A stretch of 32,000 nt of DNA from the NCBI RefSeq assembly GCF_000406145.1, contig NZ_CM001976.1:997263-1029262 (forward strand). The letters run 5' to 3'. The position numbers were made by a program, and so were the translations under genes. The DNA is from Dickeya dadantii NCPPB 898. GTDB lineage: Bacteria > Pseudomonadota > Gammaproteobacteria > Enterobacterales > Enterobacteriaceae. The stretch's first letter is position 1. Every line of letters begins with the position of its first letter. Shown here piece after piece: positions 7,212 through 15,705 of this stretch. A model generated the notes under the pieces. It saw only the letters and a program-made list of their open reading frames with translations, was not told the origin of the DNA and did not search any database.

Positions 7212-8198
7212 ATGACATTGACTCGACGTGCATTTCTGGCAGGTGCCTCTGCCTGCATGGTGGCGCCCTGGTTAGGCACGAGGGCCGCGGAAACTGCGCC
7301 GTCCGGCGAATTGATCTTCGGATATGGTAAAACCGGGATTGGCAGCGCGCTGGCGGAAGATACCGTGGCGTTGCTGGCGCAATCCTATCAGCAGAATCGT
7401 TACCAGTTGGTCAATATCCCCAGCGGGAACAGCCTGCGCGCCGTTTCGACGGTTAAACACGCCGTCCCCGACGGCCGAACGCTGTTGCAGGCCCAGTCGC
7501 CGCAGATGAATCTGCTGCCGGTGATCTACCGCAGTTTGCCGTATGACCCGCTCATGGATTTCGAGCCGCTGGCGCTGATGGGGGAATACACCTTGTTTCT
7601 GACCGTCGGCAAGCTGGTAGACCCACGAGTCAAAACGCTGGATGACTACCTAAGCTGGGTGGAAAGGAACCCGGAATACCGTAATGTCGGTTTTACCCAG
7701 TTCGGCTCGACCGGCCATATCGCACAGGCGATTCTGGCGCGTCAAAAAGGCGTGGCTCTCCAGCCGGTGGCCTACTTTGGTTCTTCGATGATGATCGAGG
7801 ATTTACTGAATGGTTACCTCTCCGCCGGGCTGGTGATTTCGGGTAATGCCTCCGGCGCGTTTCGACGTGGTCGCCTGCGTGCGGTCGCCGCTACCAGCAC
7901 CGAACGTCATCCCGGCTGGGAAGATATTCCGACCTGCAAGGAGCAGGGCGTGCCGGGAATGGCGATTAACGGCTGGTACGGCTGGTTTGCGCCGGCCTCA
8001 ATGCCCGACCGCATCTACGCGCCGCTGGCCGAGGCGTTACAACAGCGCATTCAGCATGAGCATTATGCCTCTGTACTGGAGCGCTATTCGCTGAAACCGG
8101 TGTCGTCGTCATCCCCCGACAGGATTCGGGAACGTATCCGCGATGAGCAGGAACACTACCGTGAATTGGTCGACAGTTATCACATCAGCCGGATCTGA
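7212..8198 (+). CDS. Bug/TctC-family (tripartite tricarboxylate transporter-type) periplasmic binding protein with twin-arginine signal peptide
   Basis: 328 aa. MTLTRRAFLAGASACMVAPWLG carries a Tat motif T-R-R-x-F-L. SD GGGAGGGGGA sits upstream. TctC-like blocks include VPDGRTLLQAQSP, LQPVAYFGSS, GRLRAVAATS and INGWYGWFAPASMP. Confidence 0.75.
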   Translation: MTLTRRAFLAGASACMVAPWLGTRAAETAPSGELIFGYGKTGIGSALAEDTVALLAQSYQQNRYQLVNIPSGNSLRAVSTVKHAVPDGRTLLQAQSPQMNLLPVIYRSLPYDPLMDFEPLALMGEYTLFLTVGKLVDPRVKTLDDYLSWVERNPEYRNVGFTQFGSTGHIAQAILARQKGVALQPVAYFGSSMMIEDLLNGYLSAGLVISGNASGAFRRGRLRAVAATSTERHPGWEDIPTCKEQGVPGMAINGWYGWFAPASMPDRIYAPLAEALQQRIQHEHYASVLERYSLKPVSSSSPDRIRERIRDEQEHYRELVDSYHISRI

Positions 8199-8248
8199 TG
8201 CGAGGCTGCTGTGATGGAACATCCGTAAATCGATTGGGAGACGAACCT

Positions 8249-9235
8249 ATGGCTATGACCCGGCGAACATTTCTGGCGGGCTGCTCTTCGCTGCTACTCC
8301 CCGCGCTGTATTCGCGTGGACCCCTGGCCGCCGCGCCGCAGGAAGGCGTGGTGATGTTTGGCTATGCCCAGACCGGGTTGGGCAGCAAGGTGGCGACCGA
8401 GGTGTCGGTATTGCTGGAGTCTCAATATCGCGAGCGACGTTACCGGTTGTATAACGAACCCGGCGAAAACAGTATCAGGGCGGTGATGTCGACGAAGAAA
8501 TCGCCTGGTGATGGCGGCGTACTGCTGATGGCGCAATCGCCGCAGCTGATTATATTCCCGTCTATCTACAACCGCTTGCCCTACAATCCATTGACCGATT
8601 TCAAGCCGCTGGCGATAACCGGCGAATATACCTTGCTGCTGACGCTGGGGCCGATAGTCGATGCCAGGGTAAAAAGCCTGGACGATTATGTTAAGTGGGT
8701 GGAAAACAATCCGGAGTTCAGCAATATCGGCTTTGCCCAGTTTGGTTCTCCCGGCCACATGGCGCAACTGGTGCTCGGGCGCGAAAAGAACGTGGCGCTG
8801 CAACCGCAGTCTTACTATGGCACCTCAATGATTGTGGACGACCTGCTGAACGGGCATTTGGCAGCGGCGTTTTTGATTTCCGGCAACTCGCTCGATCTGT
8901 ATAAGAATGGCAAACTGCGGGCGATTGCCTCCACCAGCCGGTTGCGCCAGCCGGGGGTGGATGACGTGCCGACCTGCCGTGAGCAAGGGATTCCGTCGAT
9001 GAACATTAACGGCTGGTATGCCTGGCTGGCGCCGGCCAGCATGCCGGACCGTGTTTATCGCCCGCTGGCGGATGCGATGCAAAGAACCATCGTGAGCTAC
9101 GACTATCTGGAAATGCTGAGGAAATATTATCTGAAGCCGGTGTACGACAATCCCGATAAAATCCGCCAGCGAATTCAACAGGAGCAGGCATATTACGCCG
9201 AGCTTGTTGAGACGTATCGGGTGAGTAAAGTGTGA
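8249..9235 (+). CDS. Second Bug/TctC-family binding protein (tandem paralogue), twin-arginine signal peptide
   Basis: ATG 8249 is preceded by GGGAG 8 nt upstream. MAMTRRTFLAGCSSLLLPALYS. Collinear with the upstream paralogue, with more than half of positions identical by eye. Confidence 0.75.
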   Translation: MAMTRRTFLAGCSSLLLPALYSRGPLAAAPQEGVVMFGYAQTGLGSKVATEVSVLLESQYRERRYRLYNEPGENSIRAVMSTKKSPGDGGVLLMAQSPQLIIFPSIYNRLPYNPLTDFKPLAITGEYTLLLTLGPIVDARVKSLDDYVKWVENNPEFSNIGFAQFGSPGHMAQLVLGREKNVALQPQSYYGTSMIVDDLLNGHLAAAFLISGNSLDLYKNGKLRAIASTSRLRQPGVDDVPTCREQGIPSMNINGWYAWLAPASMPDRVYRPLADAMQRTIVSYDYLEMLRKYYLKPVYDNPDKIRQRIQQEQAYYAELVETYRVSKV

Positions 9236-9379
9236 ATCGTTTTCGCGCCGGGTTATCGCTCCACGGGGATGCCGCACCCCTCCCAGTTATCCCGGTTATA
9301 AAGGAATCATCTTTCGAAGCGGTTTGGTCATGTCAAAAACGTTTATCCAATAGCCCTTATTTTATTGTGTCATTAATAA

Positions 9380-9399
9380 TGCTGTGATTATATACAGTA
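9380..9399 (+). promoter_or_regulatory. LexA (SOS) box upstream of sbmC
   Basis: TGCTGTGATTATATACAGTA has the form CTG-N10-CAG with an AT-rich core. It is close to the consensus TACTGTATATATATACAGTA and lies 29 nt upstream of the ATG, overlapping a TTGTGT-N17-TTATAT promoter-like pair. Confidence 0.75.
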
Positions 9400-9427
9400 T
9401 CTCTAATCGTGTAATGAGGGGGTAAAT

Positions 9428-9901
9428 ATGACACTGCGTTTTGACGTGGCACCGCCTAAGAAGGTGCATTGCCTGCGCGTTATCGGGCCTTATTATCAAT
9501 CGGTGCCTGATGGCTTTCAGAAACTGATGGCGTGGTCGCAGGAGCAGCAATTGCCCTGGACGGAAACGCTGGCGTTTTACTGGGACGATCCATCCGAAAC
9601 GGAACAAGATCAGCTGCGGGCGGATGTGGCGCTGGTCCTTCCCGAAGGGACGGCTATTGATGAAAATACGCTGGGTGTGCGTGAGGAAACGGTGCCGGGG
9701 GGATTATTCGCCGTCCTTCATACTGTTGTCAGCAATGGTGAATTTGCCAAAGCCTGGAACGAGCTGTATGACCTGATTGCGCAAAATGGGTATAAGCCGG
9801 CCAGAGGCATTTGCTTTGAGAACTATTTGTGTGATGGCAGCAGCGGAAACTGGGAAATTGAAATCTGGCAGTCGGTCGATCCGAATGACGGCGCCCAATG
9901 A
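9428..9901 (+). CDS. sbmC: DNA gyrase inhibitor SbmC/GyrI (GyrI-like small-molecule-binding fold)
   Basis: 157 aa, the same length as E. coli SbmC as I remember it. Shared blocks are GFQKLMAWS, FYWDDPSETEQDQLRADV and CFENYL...WEIEIW. The SOS box upstream fits sbmC being a LexA regulon member. Confidence 0.65.
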   Translation: MTLRFDVAPPKKVHCLRVIGPYYQSVPDGFQKLMAWSQEQQLPWTETLAFYWDDPSETEQDQLRADVALVLPEGTAIDENTLGVREETVPGGLFAVLHTVVSNGEFAKAWNELYDLIAQNGYKPARGICFENYLCDGSSGNWEIEIWQSVDPNDGAQ

Positions 9902-10092
9902 AGAATGGACGTTGCCGCCGTTTTTACAGGCAATCATGCTGGTTTAGTCATGTATTTCTTATGTTTCGTGTATGATTCGTTGTCTGAATATCGCAAGCGA
10001 TCTGGCCCCGAATGAGGAAACGATGCCGTCTTACCCAGCGTCAATAGCGTCGGGAAAGACGGAAATCTCGGGCATCACCAAAGGATGGAGTC

Positions 10093-10818
10093 ATGCAGGA
10101 AGACCGGTTCGATACGCCACCGGGAACAGCGGCCCCCGGTTTGATACGGCTGGAACAGGTTAGCCACGCTTATCCCTCCGCGGCGGCATCGCACCCGGTT
10201 CTGCATAATGTTTCCCTGCGGGTTGACGCGGGGCAGAGCTGCGCCATCGTTGGCGCTTCCGGCTCCGGGAAAAGCACGCTGCTGAACATTATCGGGTTGC
10301 TCGATAAACCCACGTCGGGGCGACTGTGGCTGAATGGCTGCGACATGGCGCAGGCCTCGACCGATGAACGCGCCAGAATACGCAACCAGACTATCGGGTT
10401 CGTTTTTCAGAGCTTTAATCTACTGCCGCGTCTTTCCGTGCTGGATAACGCGGCACTGCCGCTGCTGTATCGCGGTGACTCCCGCCGTGATGCCCATCAG
10501 GCGGCCAGACGGCAACTGGAGCGGGTTGGGCTGGCCGAGCGCCTCCATTACCGCCCGGCGGATCTGTCCGGCGGCCAGCGACAGCGCGTCGCCATCGCCC
10601 GCGCTCTCACCGGCGAACCGTCACTGTTGCTGGCCGATGAACCCACCGGCAATCTCGATAGCCAGACCGCCGGCGATATTCTGTCGTTGTTGCTGACGCT
10701 GAACCGGGAACAAGGGGTGACGTTGGTGATGGTTACGCATGACGAATCCATCGCCCGGCAGATGCAGCGTCGTATTCAGGTGAACGATGGCCGGGTTCAG
10801 GAATACAGTAATAGTTAA
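10093..10818 (+). CDS. ABC transporter ATP-binding protein, MacB/LolD-type stand-alone ATPase
   Basis: Walker A GASGSGKST, signature LSGGQRQRVAIARAL, Walker B LLLADEPTGNLD, H-loop VTHD. SD GGAG lies 5 nt upstream. Confidence 0.9.
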   Translation: MQEDRFDTPPGTAAPGLIRLEQVSHAYPSAAASHPVLHNVSLRVDAGQSCAIVGASGSGKSTLLNIIGLLDKPTSGRLWLNGCDMAQASTDERARIRNQTIGFVFQSFNLLPRLSVLDNAALPLLYRGDSRRDAHQAARRQLERVGLAERLHYRPADLSGGQRQRVAIARALTGEPSLLLADEPTGNLDSQTAGDILSLLLTLNREQGVTLVMVTHDESIARQMQRRIQVNDGRVQEYSNS

Positions 10819-10966
10819 ATATTTTTGTATGGTTACTGATTTATTTGTAAAGGTTTGGTCGGAGGAGTCGATATTGACTAGCGGCAGAGTTTCCGACTTA
10901 TTGCCTTATTTTATAAAGGATGCTGTCTTTTTTCGACAGCGTAAAACGAAACCAAGGGAGGTTTCC

Positions 10967-11374
10967 ATGAATCTTAAATCATTAAAAAAATTGTTTTTTG
11001 TTAGTGCCCTGGCTCTGGGCGCCGCTTCTCAGGCGAACGCGGCAAGCTGCGGTCCGACCCGTGTGACTGTTCCGGTAGCGGGAACGGTTGACCCTCAGAC
11101 AGAAGTGCAGATCTATTCCAAAACGTACAACTGCTCGGCATACCTGATGGCGTCTTTAACGCCGAATTTTGGTTCCTCTTCCGTTTCTCTGTCGTTGACG
11201 CTCAAGCTGTATCAGCAGGTGGGCGGAAGCTGGCGTAGCGTCAGCGAAGGCCGCAATGTTTCCTATCAGATGGGCAGCACCGGCGGTACTTACAAACTGG
11301 TCGTATTCAATAGCAATACCAGCGGTAACGCCCTTAACTGGACCGGAAACTATAAATCCCCTCTCAACAACTAA
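10967..11374 (+). CDS. Small Sec-secreted beta-rich protein (mature form about 110 aa, two Cys), PPC-domain-like by eye; function unknown
   Basis: ATG 10967 has a strong SD (AAGGGAGG). Signal peptide MNLKSLKKLFFVSALALGAASQANA|A. The upstream extension of the track ORF (10787) overlaps the ATPase gene and lacks an SD. Confidence 0.7.
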   Translation: MNLKSLKKLFFVSALALGAASQANAASCGPTRVTVPVAGTVDPQTEVQIYSKTYNCSAYLMASLTPNFGSSSVSLSLTLKLYQQVGGSWRSVSEGRNVSYQMGSTGGTYKLVVFNSNTSGNALNWTGNYKSPLNN

Positions 11375-11389
11375 TTGACAGGGAAATGG

Positions 11390-11417
11390 CCCACACCATT
11401 TCTCACAAAGGTGTGGG
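11390..11417 (+). other. Hairpin just after the small-protein gene (8-bp stem CCCACACC/GGTGTGGG, 12-nt loop), possible attenuator or mRNA-stabilising element
   Basis: Inverted repeat read directly. No U-tract follows, so this is not a canonical terminator. Confidence 0.3.
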
Positions 11418-11713
11418 TCAGTTAACAGCACGAATCAGGGAGGATACCGTGAGCATTCAAATTTCATCCGTGGCGGCGCAAAGACCGTGGCGGCGTAAAA
11501 ACCATGTGCCGGGCGGTTCTCTCGCTGGTTTCTGTCTCTTGCGTGGTGACGGAAAAACCCGTTTCCTGATGCGATAAAGGCTCAGCACTTGTGTTAAAGC
11601 GCGACAGCGACGGAGACTACGCTAAAGGGATACATTCCGCGAAACCGCCGGAAGAACGGAACGCGTCTTTTTCTGGAGTCGCTCATTCACCCTACGGCGC
11701 TTCTCTGCGTTAC

Positions 11714-12883
11714 ATGCTGACCGAACCGCTGGATAGCCTGCGCCAGCTAGGGCGACGGGCGGTGCTGGCGTTGCTGGGCATCACGGTGGGCTGTGCGGCG
11801 GTGGTGGCGTTGCTGAACATTGGCCACAACGCGGCGGCGGACGCCATCCGCGCCTTTCACGATATGGGCAGCGATATGCTGGTCGCCGGCTTTGACGACA
11901 CGGCGGAAACCAACCAACGCCGTGTGCCCGCCACGCTGGATATCGACGCGCTGACCCGCGCCTTGCCTGGCATCCGACACGCCGCGCCGCTTATTCTCAC
12001 CTCGACCAATGCCCGCCTGCATCGACGTCAATTTAATGCCATTGTGGCCGGTGCCGGCGCTGAACTGGCGCAGGTACTGGCGTTGCAGGTCGCGCATGGC
12101 CGCTTCCTGACCCGATACGATCGTCAGAGCACCTACGCCGTGCTCGGCGCGAAAACGGCGGTCGAACTGGGCGAGGCCGGTACGCCGGCGACGCTTGGCA
12201 GCCGGATACAACTTCGCGGCTATCTGTTTGAAGTGGTAGGAATTTTAAAAGAGCAGGGGCAAAATCCGCTGCTTCCGGTGCCGGTGGACGAAGCTATCAT
12301 CTTGCCTATCGAAGGAATGCACCGTCTTCTCCCTTCTCCTGAAATCAGCAGCGTGGTGGCACGCAGCCGTCGTAGCGAGACGCTGCAGCAAGAGGCGGCA
12401 GCGTTGCGTGATTATCTAATGGCCCTGGCGCCGGGACGCGAGGTGTCGGTGCAACTCTCCCAACAACTGTTGGAAGGCATGGCGCGGCAGTCGCGCACCT
12501 TTACCTGGTTACTCGCCGGATTGGGCGGCATTTCGCTGCTAATGGGGGGCGTGGGCGTGATGAACGTGATGGTGATGAACGTTGCCGGGCGGCGGCGAGA
12601 AATCGGCGTGCGCATGGCGCTGGGCGCTCGCCCAAAAGATATTGGCCGCCTGTTTCTGCTGGAAGCGGCGGCGTTGGCGATCGCCGGCGCGCTGGCCGGC
12701 GCGATTGTCGGCCTGCTCACCGCCTGGTTGTTTGTGAAAATGTCCGGCTGGATTTTTTCGTTATCCCCGCTGTCGTTGCCTTTGGGCATTATCAGTTCAC
12801 TGGCGGTCGGGGTGTTCTTTGGTCTACATCCCGCCCTGACGGCGGCCCGGCTGGAACCTGTAAAGGCGCTGCGTGATGATTAA
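11714..12883 (+). CDS. ABC transporter permease, MacB/FtsX family with large periplasmic domain
   Basis: MLTEPLDSLRQLGRRAVLALLGITVGCAAVVALL is a typical MacB-type N-terminus and TM1. A periplasmic domain of about 220 aa follows, then a C-terminal FtsX block (RRREIGVRMALGARPKDIGRLFLLEA). The start is uncertain: the ORF is open from GTG 11591. Confidence 0.85.
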   Translation: MLTEPLDSLRQLGRRAVLALLGITVGCAAVVALLNIGHNAAADAIRAFHDMGSDMLVAGFDDTAETNQRRVPATLDIDALTRALPGIRHAAPLILTSTNARLHRRQFNAIVAGAGAELAQVLALQVAHGRFLTRYDRQSTYAVLGAKTAVELGEAGTPATLGSRIQLRGYLFEVVGILKEQGQNPLLPVPVDEAIILPIEGMHRLLPSPEISSVVARSRRSETLQQEAAALRDYLMALAPGREVSVQLSQQLLEGMARQSRTFTWLLAGLGGISLLMGGVGVMNVMVMNVAGRRREIGVRMALGARPKDIGRLFLLEAAALAIAGALAGAIVGLLTAWLFVKMSGWIFSLSPLSLPLGIISSLAVGVFFGLHPALTAARLEPVKALRDD

Positions 12884-14342
12884 AACGGTTGCCCTCGTCC
12901 TGTTGCTGCTGGTCGGTCTGGATGCGTCCGCGGCGCTGACCGACCGCTTGCTGCCTTCTCAGGCTACCCGTGCGGGCAGCAGCACCTTGTCGCCCAACGC
13001 GCAGATTATCGACCTGACGTTAAGCGACGCCATCTACCTTGGCTTGCGCGATAACCGCGCCATTCGTAGCGCCTATCTGGATCGCGTCGCGCAGAAGTTT
13101 GATCTGCTGGTGGCCGAAGACCGCTTTACCCCCAAGCTGGTGTTGAGCGGCAGCTATCTGGCGGCGCGCAATCAGGATGATCGCTACCGCCAGGGCGAAA
13201 TCGCGCCCACCACCACGCTGCTGACGCCTTATGGCACCCGCGTGAGCCTGGCCTGGACGCACCGCTCCAAGCAGGCGGATGAAGCCGGTCGTACCCGCAA
13301 TGACGGCGCTACGATCACGGTTATCCAGCCGTTGCTGCGCGGCGCAGGTAAGGAGATAGCCACCGCGCCGGTGCGGCTGGCAAAGCTGTCCGAACAGATC
13401 AACCGGCTGACGCTGAAAGCCACCGTCGCGCGGACTATCACCCAAATCATTATGGCTTATCGGGCGTTGTTGCAGGCGCAGGAGCAATTGAACATCGCCG
13501 ATGAAGCGCTGGCGCGCTCACGTCAGTTGCTGGAGGTGAACCGCTCGCTGATCGCCGCCGGGCGCATGGCTGAATTCGAAATCATCCAGACGGAAGCGGA
13601 TGTCGCGACTCAGGAGCTATCCCGTGAGGAAGCGCTCAATCAGCTTGACGTTAGCCGTCTGGCGCTGCTGCAACTGCTGGCGCTGGATTTGCGCACGCCG
13701 GTCCGTGCGACCGAACGGCTACAGGCCAGTCGCGTCGACGTCAGCCCCGCCGCGGCGCTGTCTCAGGCCGAGGCGCTGCAACCCGCCTACCTTACGCAGT
13801 TGATCGTCGATAAACAGGCCGACATTAATCTGGCGGTGGCGCGCAATGACCGCCTATGGGATGTGTCGCTGGTGGGGGGAACCAACCAGCTGCGCGATCG
13901 CAGCAGCACGGTGGGCAGCTCGCGCAACTGGGAGAACTATGTCGGCGTGCAGGTGGACATTCCCATCGGCGATATGAGCCAACAGCAGGCGGAAGTGCAG
14001 GCGCGGGTTAACGTGCAGAATCAACGCATTCAGCTTGCCGAAACCCGCCAGCAACTGGAGCGCGACGTCGCCAACGCCGTGCGTGATATCAGCACCCGCT
14101 GGCGCCAGTTTGAGATTGCCCAGCGCGCGCGGGATCTTTCGCGTCGCAAGCTGGAGATCGAACGGGAAAAGCTCACCGCCGGGCGCTCCAGCAACTTTCA
14201 GGTGCTGAGTTTCGAAACCGATCTGCGTAACGCCGAAAACGCCCGGCTCAGCGCCCTGATTACCTATCTCAACACCCAGGCCGATCTGGATCAAACGCTG
14301 GGTACGACGCTGCAAAGCTGGGATATCTCACTCAATGATTAA
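12876..14342 (+). CDS. TolC/OMF-family outer-membrane channel protein
   Basis: Signal peptide MIKTVALVLLLLVGLDASA. OMF N-terminal block LTLSDAIYLGLRDNRAIRSAY. Overlaps the permease stop by 8 nt. Confidence 0.85.
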   Translation: MIKTVALVLLLLVGLDASAALTDRLLPSQATRAGSSTLSPNAQIIDLTLSDAIYLGLRDNRAIRSAYLDRVAQKFDLLVAEDRFTPKLVLSGSYLAARNQDDRYRQGEIAPTTTLLTPYGTRVSLAWTHRSKQADEAGRTRNDGATITVIQPLLRGAGKEIATAPVRLAKLSEQINRLTLKATVARTITQIIMAYRALLQAQEQLNIADEALARSRQLLEVNRSLIAAGRMAEFEIIQTEADVATQELSREEALNQLDVSRLALLQLLALDLRTPVRATERLQASRVDVSPAAALSQAEALQPAYLTQLIVDKQADINLAVARNDRLWDVSLVGGTNQLRDRSSTVGSSRNWENYVGVQVDIPIGDMSQQQAEVQARVNVQNQRIQLAETRQQLERDVANAVRDISTRWRQFEIAQRARDLSRRKLEIEREKLTAGRSSNFQVLSFETDLRNAENARLSALITYLNTQADLDQTLGTTLQSWDISLND

Positions 14343-15627
14343 TCTTTCACGATACCGGCAACGTCCGCTACGCCAGCGCGCGGCGCTGATGATCGCCCTG
14401 GCGCTGGGCGCGGCGGCGATGGTCTGGAAGTTATGGCCGACAACCACCAGCGCCATGCCGCAGACACAATGGCTACGGGTTGAGCCACAGGTGCTGGAAA
14501 ACCGTCTGGGGCTGACCGGGCGGATTCAGGCCGCCGCGACGCTGACGCTCTCCGCGCCGTTTGACGGCATGATCAAAGACGTGCTGGTCAATGAAGGGCA
14601 ACGTGTGGAAGCGGGTCAGCCGCTGCTGACGCTGGACACCGGCCTGCTGGATATCCAACTGCGTCAGGCGCTGGCCGATTTGCTAAAAGCGCAGCGCACG
14701 GTGCAGGACATGCAACACTGGGAGCAAGGTCAGGAGGTGGCGCGGGCGCGACGCACCCTGAATAACGCGCGTATCAGCCTGGCGAACACCGAGGCCAACC
14801 TGAAAGATACCCGCACCCTGTTTGAGCGCGGCATCGTAGCCAGAATGGAAGTCGACGCGCTGGCTCAGCAGGCTCAGGCGCAGCGGCTGGATTTGTCCGC
14901 CGCGCAGGATGAATTACAGGCGGCGCTGGACCGCGGGCGTGGTGAAAACCGTCAGATCGCCGAGATGGAACTGGCTAATGCTCAATCGCGCCATCAAACG
15001 TTGATGGCGATGCAGGCGCAACAGGTGGTGCGCGCGCCGTTTGCGGGTGTACTGGTGCGCCCCGCCGCGCCGGAAACCGATAAACGCCAGCCATTACAGC
15101 CGGGGATACGAGCCAGTCAGGGAATGCCGCTGTTCGGACTGATCAATCCCGACCAGTTACAGGTCATCGCCAGTCTTGAAGAGGCCGATCTGCATCAGTT
15201 GCATGAAGGCATGCCGGTGGACATCAGCGGTGACGGCTTTGCCGGGCTGACGCTGTCCGGCCATATTCAGACCATCGGCAGTGAAGGGCGCGCCGCCGAC
15301 GTGGCCGGTGCCAGCGCCCGCTACGATGTGCTGGTCACTATTGCTACTCCACCAGCGGAACAGCGCCAGCGCCTGCGGTTAGGGATGAGCGCCCGGCTGT
15401 CGGTGGTCACGTATCGTAACGAGCATGGCACCGCTGTTCCTGCCGAGGCGTTGCACACGGACGAGGCCGGCAACAGCTATGTTCTCTTCCGTCAGGATAG
15501 CGATAGCGCGCCGCAACGGCGTACGGTAGTGCCGGGCGTTGCGGTGCCGCAGGGCGTGGAAGTGAAAGGATTATCCGATGGTCCGGGGTTCGTCGAAATC
15601 ACCAATAACAGCGGCGTTGCTGAATGA
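14335..15627 (+). CDS. HlyD/MacA-type membrane-fusion (periplasmic adaptor) protein
   Basis: N-terminal TM (AALMIALALGAAAMVW). Lipoyl-like motif LSAPFDGMIKDVLVNEGQRVEAGQPLLTLD, a long coiled coil, then VRAPFAGVLV. ATG overlaps the OMF stop (ATGATTAA). Confidence 0.88.
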   Translation: MINLSRYRQRPLRQRAALMIALALGAAAMVWKLWPTTTSAMPQTQWLRVEPQVLENRLGLTGRIQAAATLTLSAPFDGMIKDVLVNEGQRVEAGQPLLTLDTGLLDIQLRQALADLLKAQRTVQDMQHWEQGQEVARARRTLNNARISLANTEANLKDTRTLFERGIVARMEVDALAQQAQAQRLDLSAAQDELQAALDRGRGENRQIAEMELANAQSRHQTLMAMQAQQVVRAPFAGVLVRPAAPETDKRQPLQPGIRASQGMPLFGLINPDQLQVIASLEEADLHQLHEGMPVDISGDGFAGLTLSGHIQTIGSEGRAADVAGASARYDVLVTIATPPAEQRQRLRLGMSARLSVVTYRNEHGTAVPAEALHTDEAGNSYVLFRQDSDSAPQRRTVVPGVAVPQGVEVKGLSDGPGFVEITNNSGVAE

Positions 15628-15705
15628 AACGGGTCGATGCATAACGGTCAGATGACAGCAGGTTTTTCAGGCCGGGCCGATAGCGGTATTCAGGTGTTGA
15701 GATGG

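Noticed and set aside
9972-10163. 63-aa ORF overlapping the start of the ABC ATPase gene
   Set aside because: It has no SD. It overlaps the well-supported ATPase start (GGAG-N5-ATG at 10093), and its product has no motif.
11386-11577. 63-aa ORF in the spacer between the small-protein gene and the permease gene
   Set aside because: The only purine-rich stretch abuts the ATG with no spacing. The product is Arg/Gly-rich with no motif. I treat it as non-coding but flagged the spacer as a finding.
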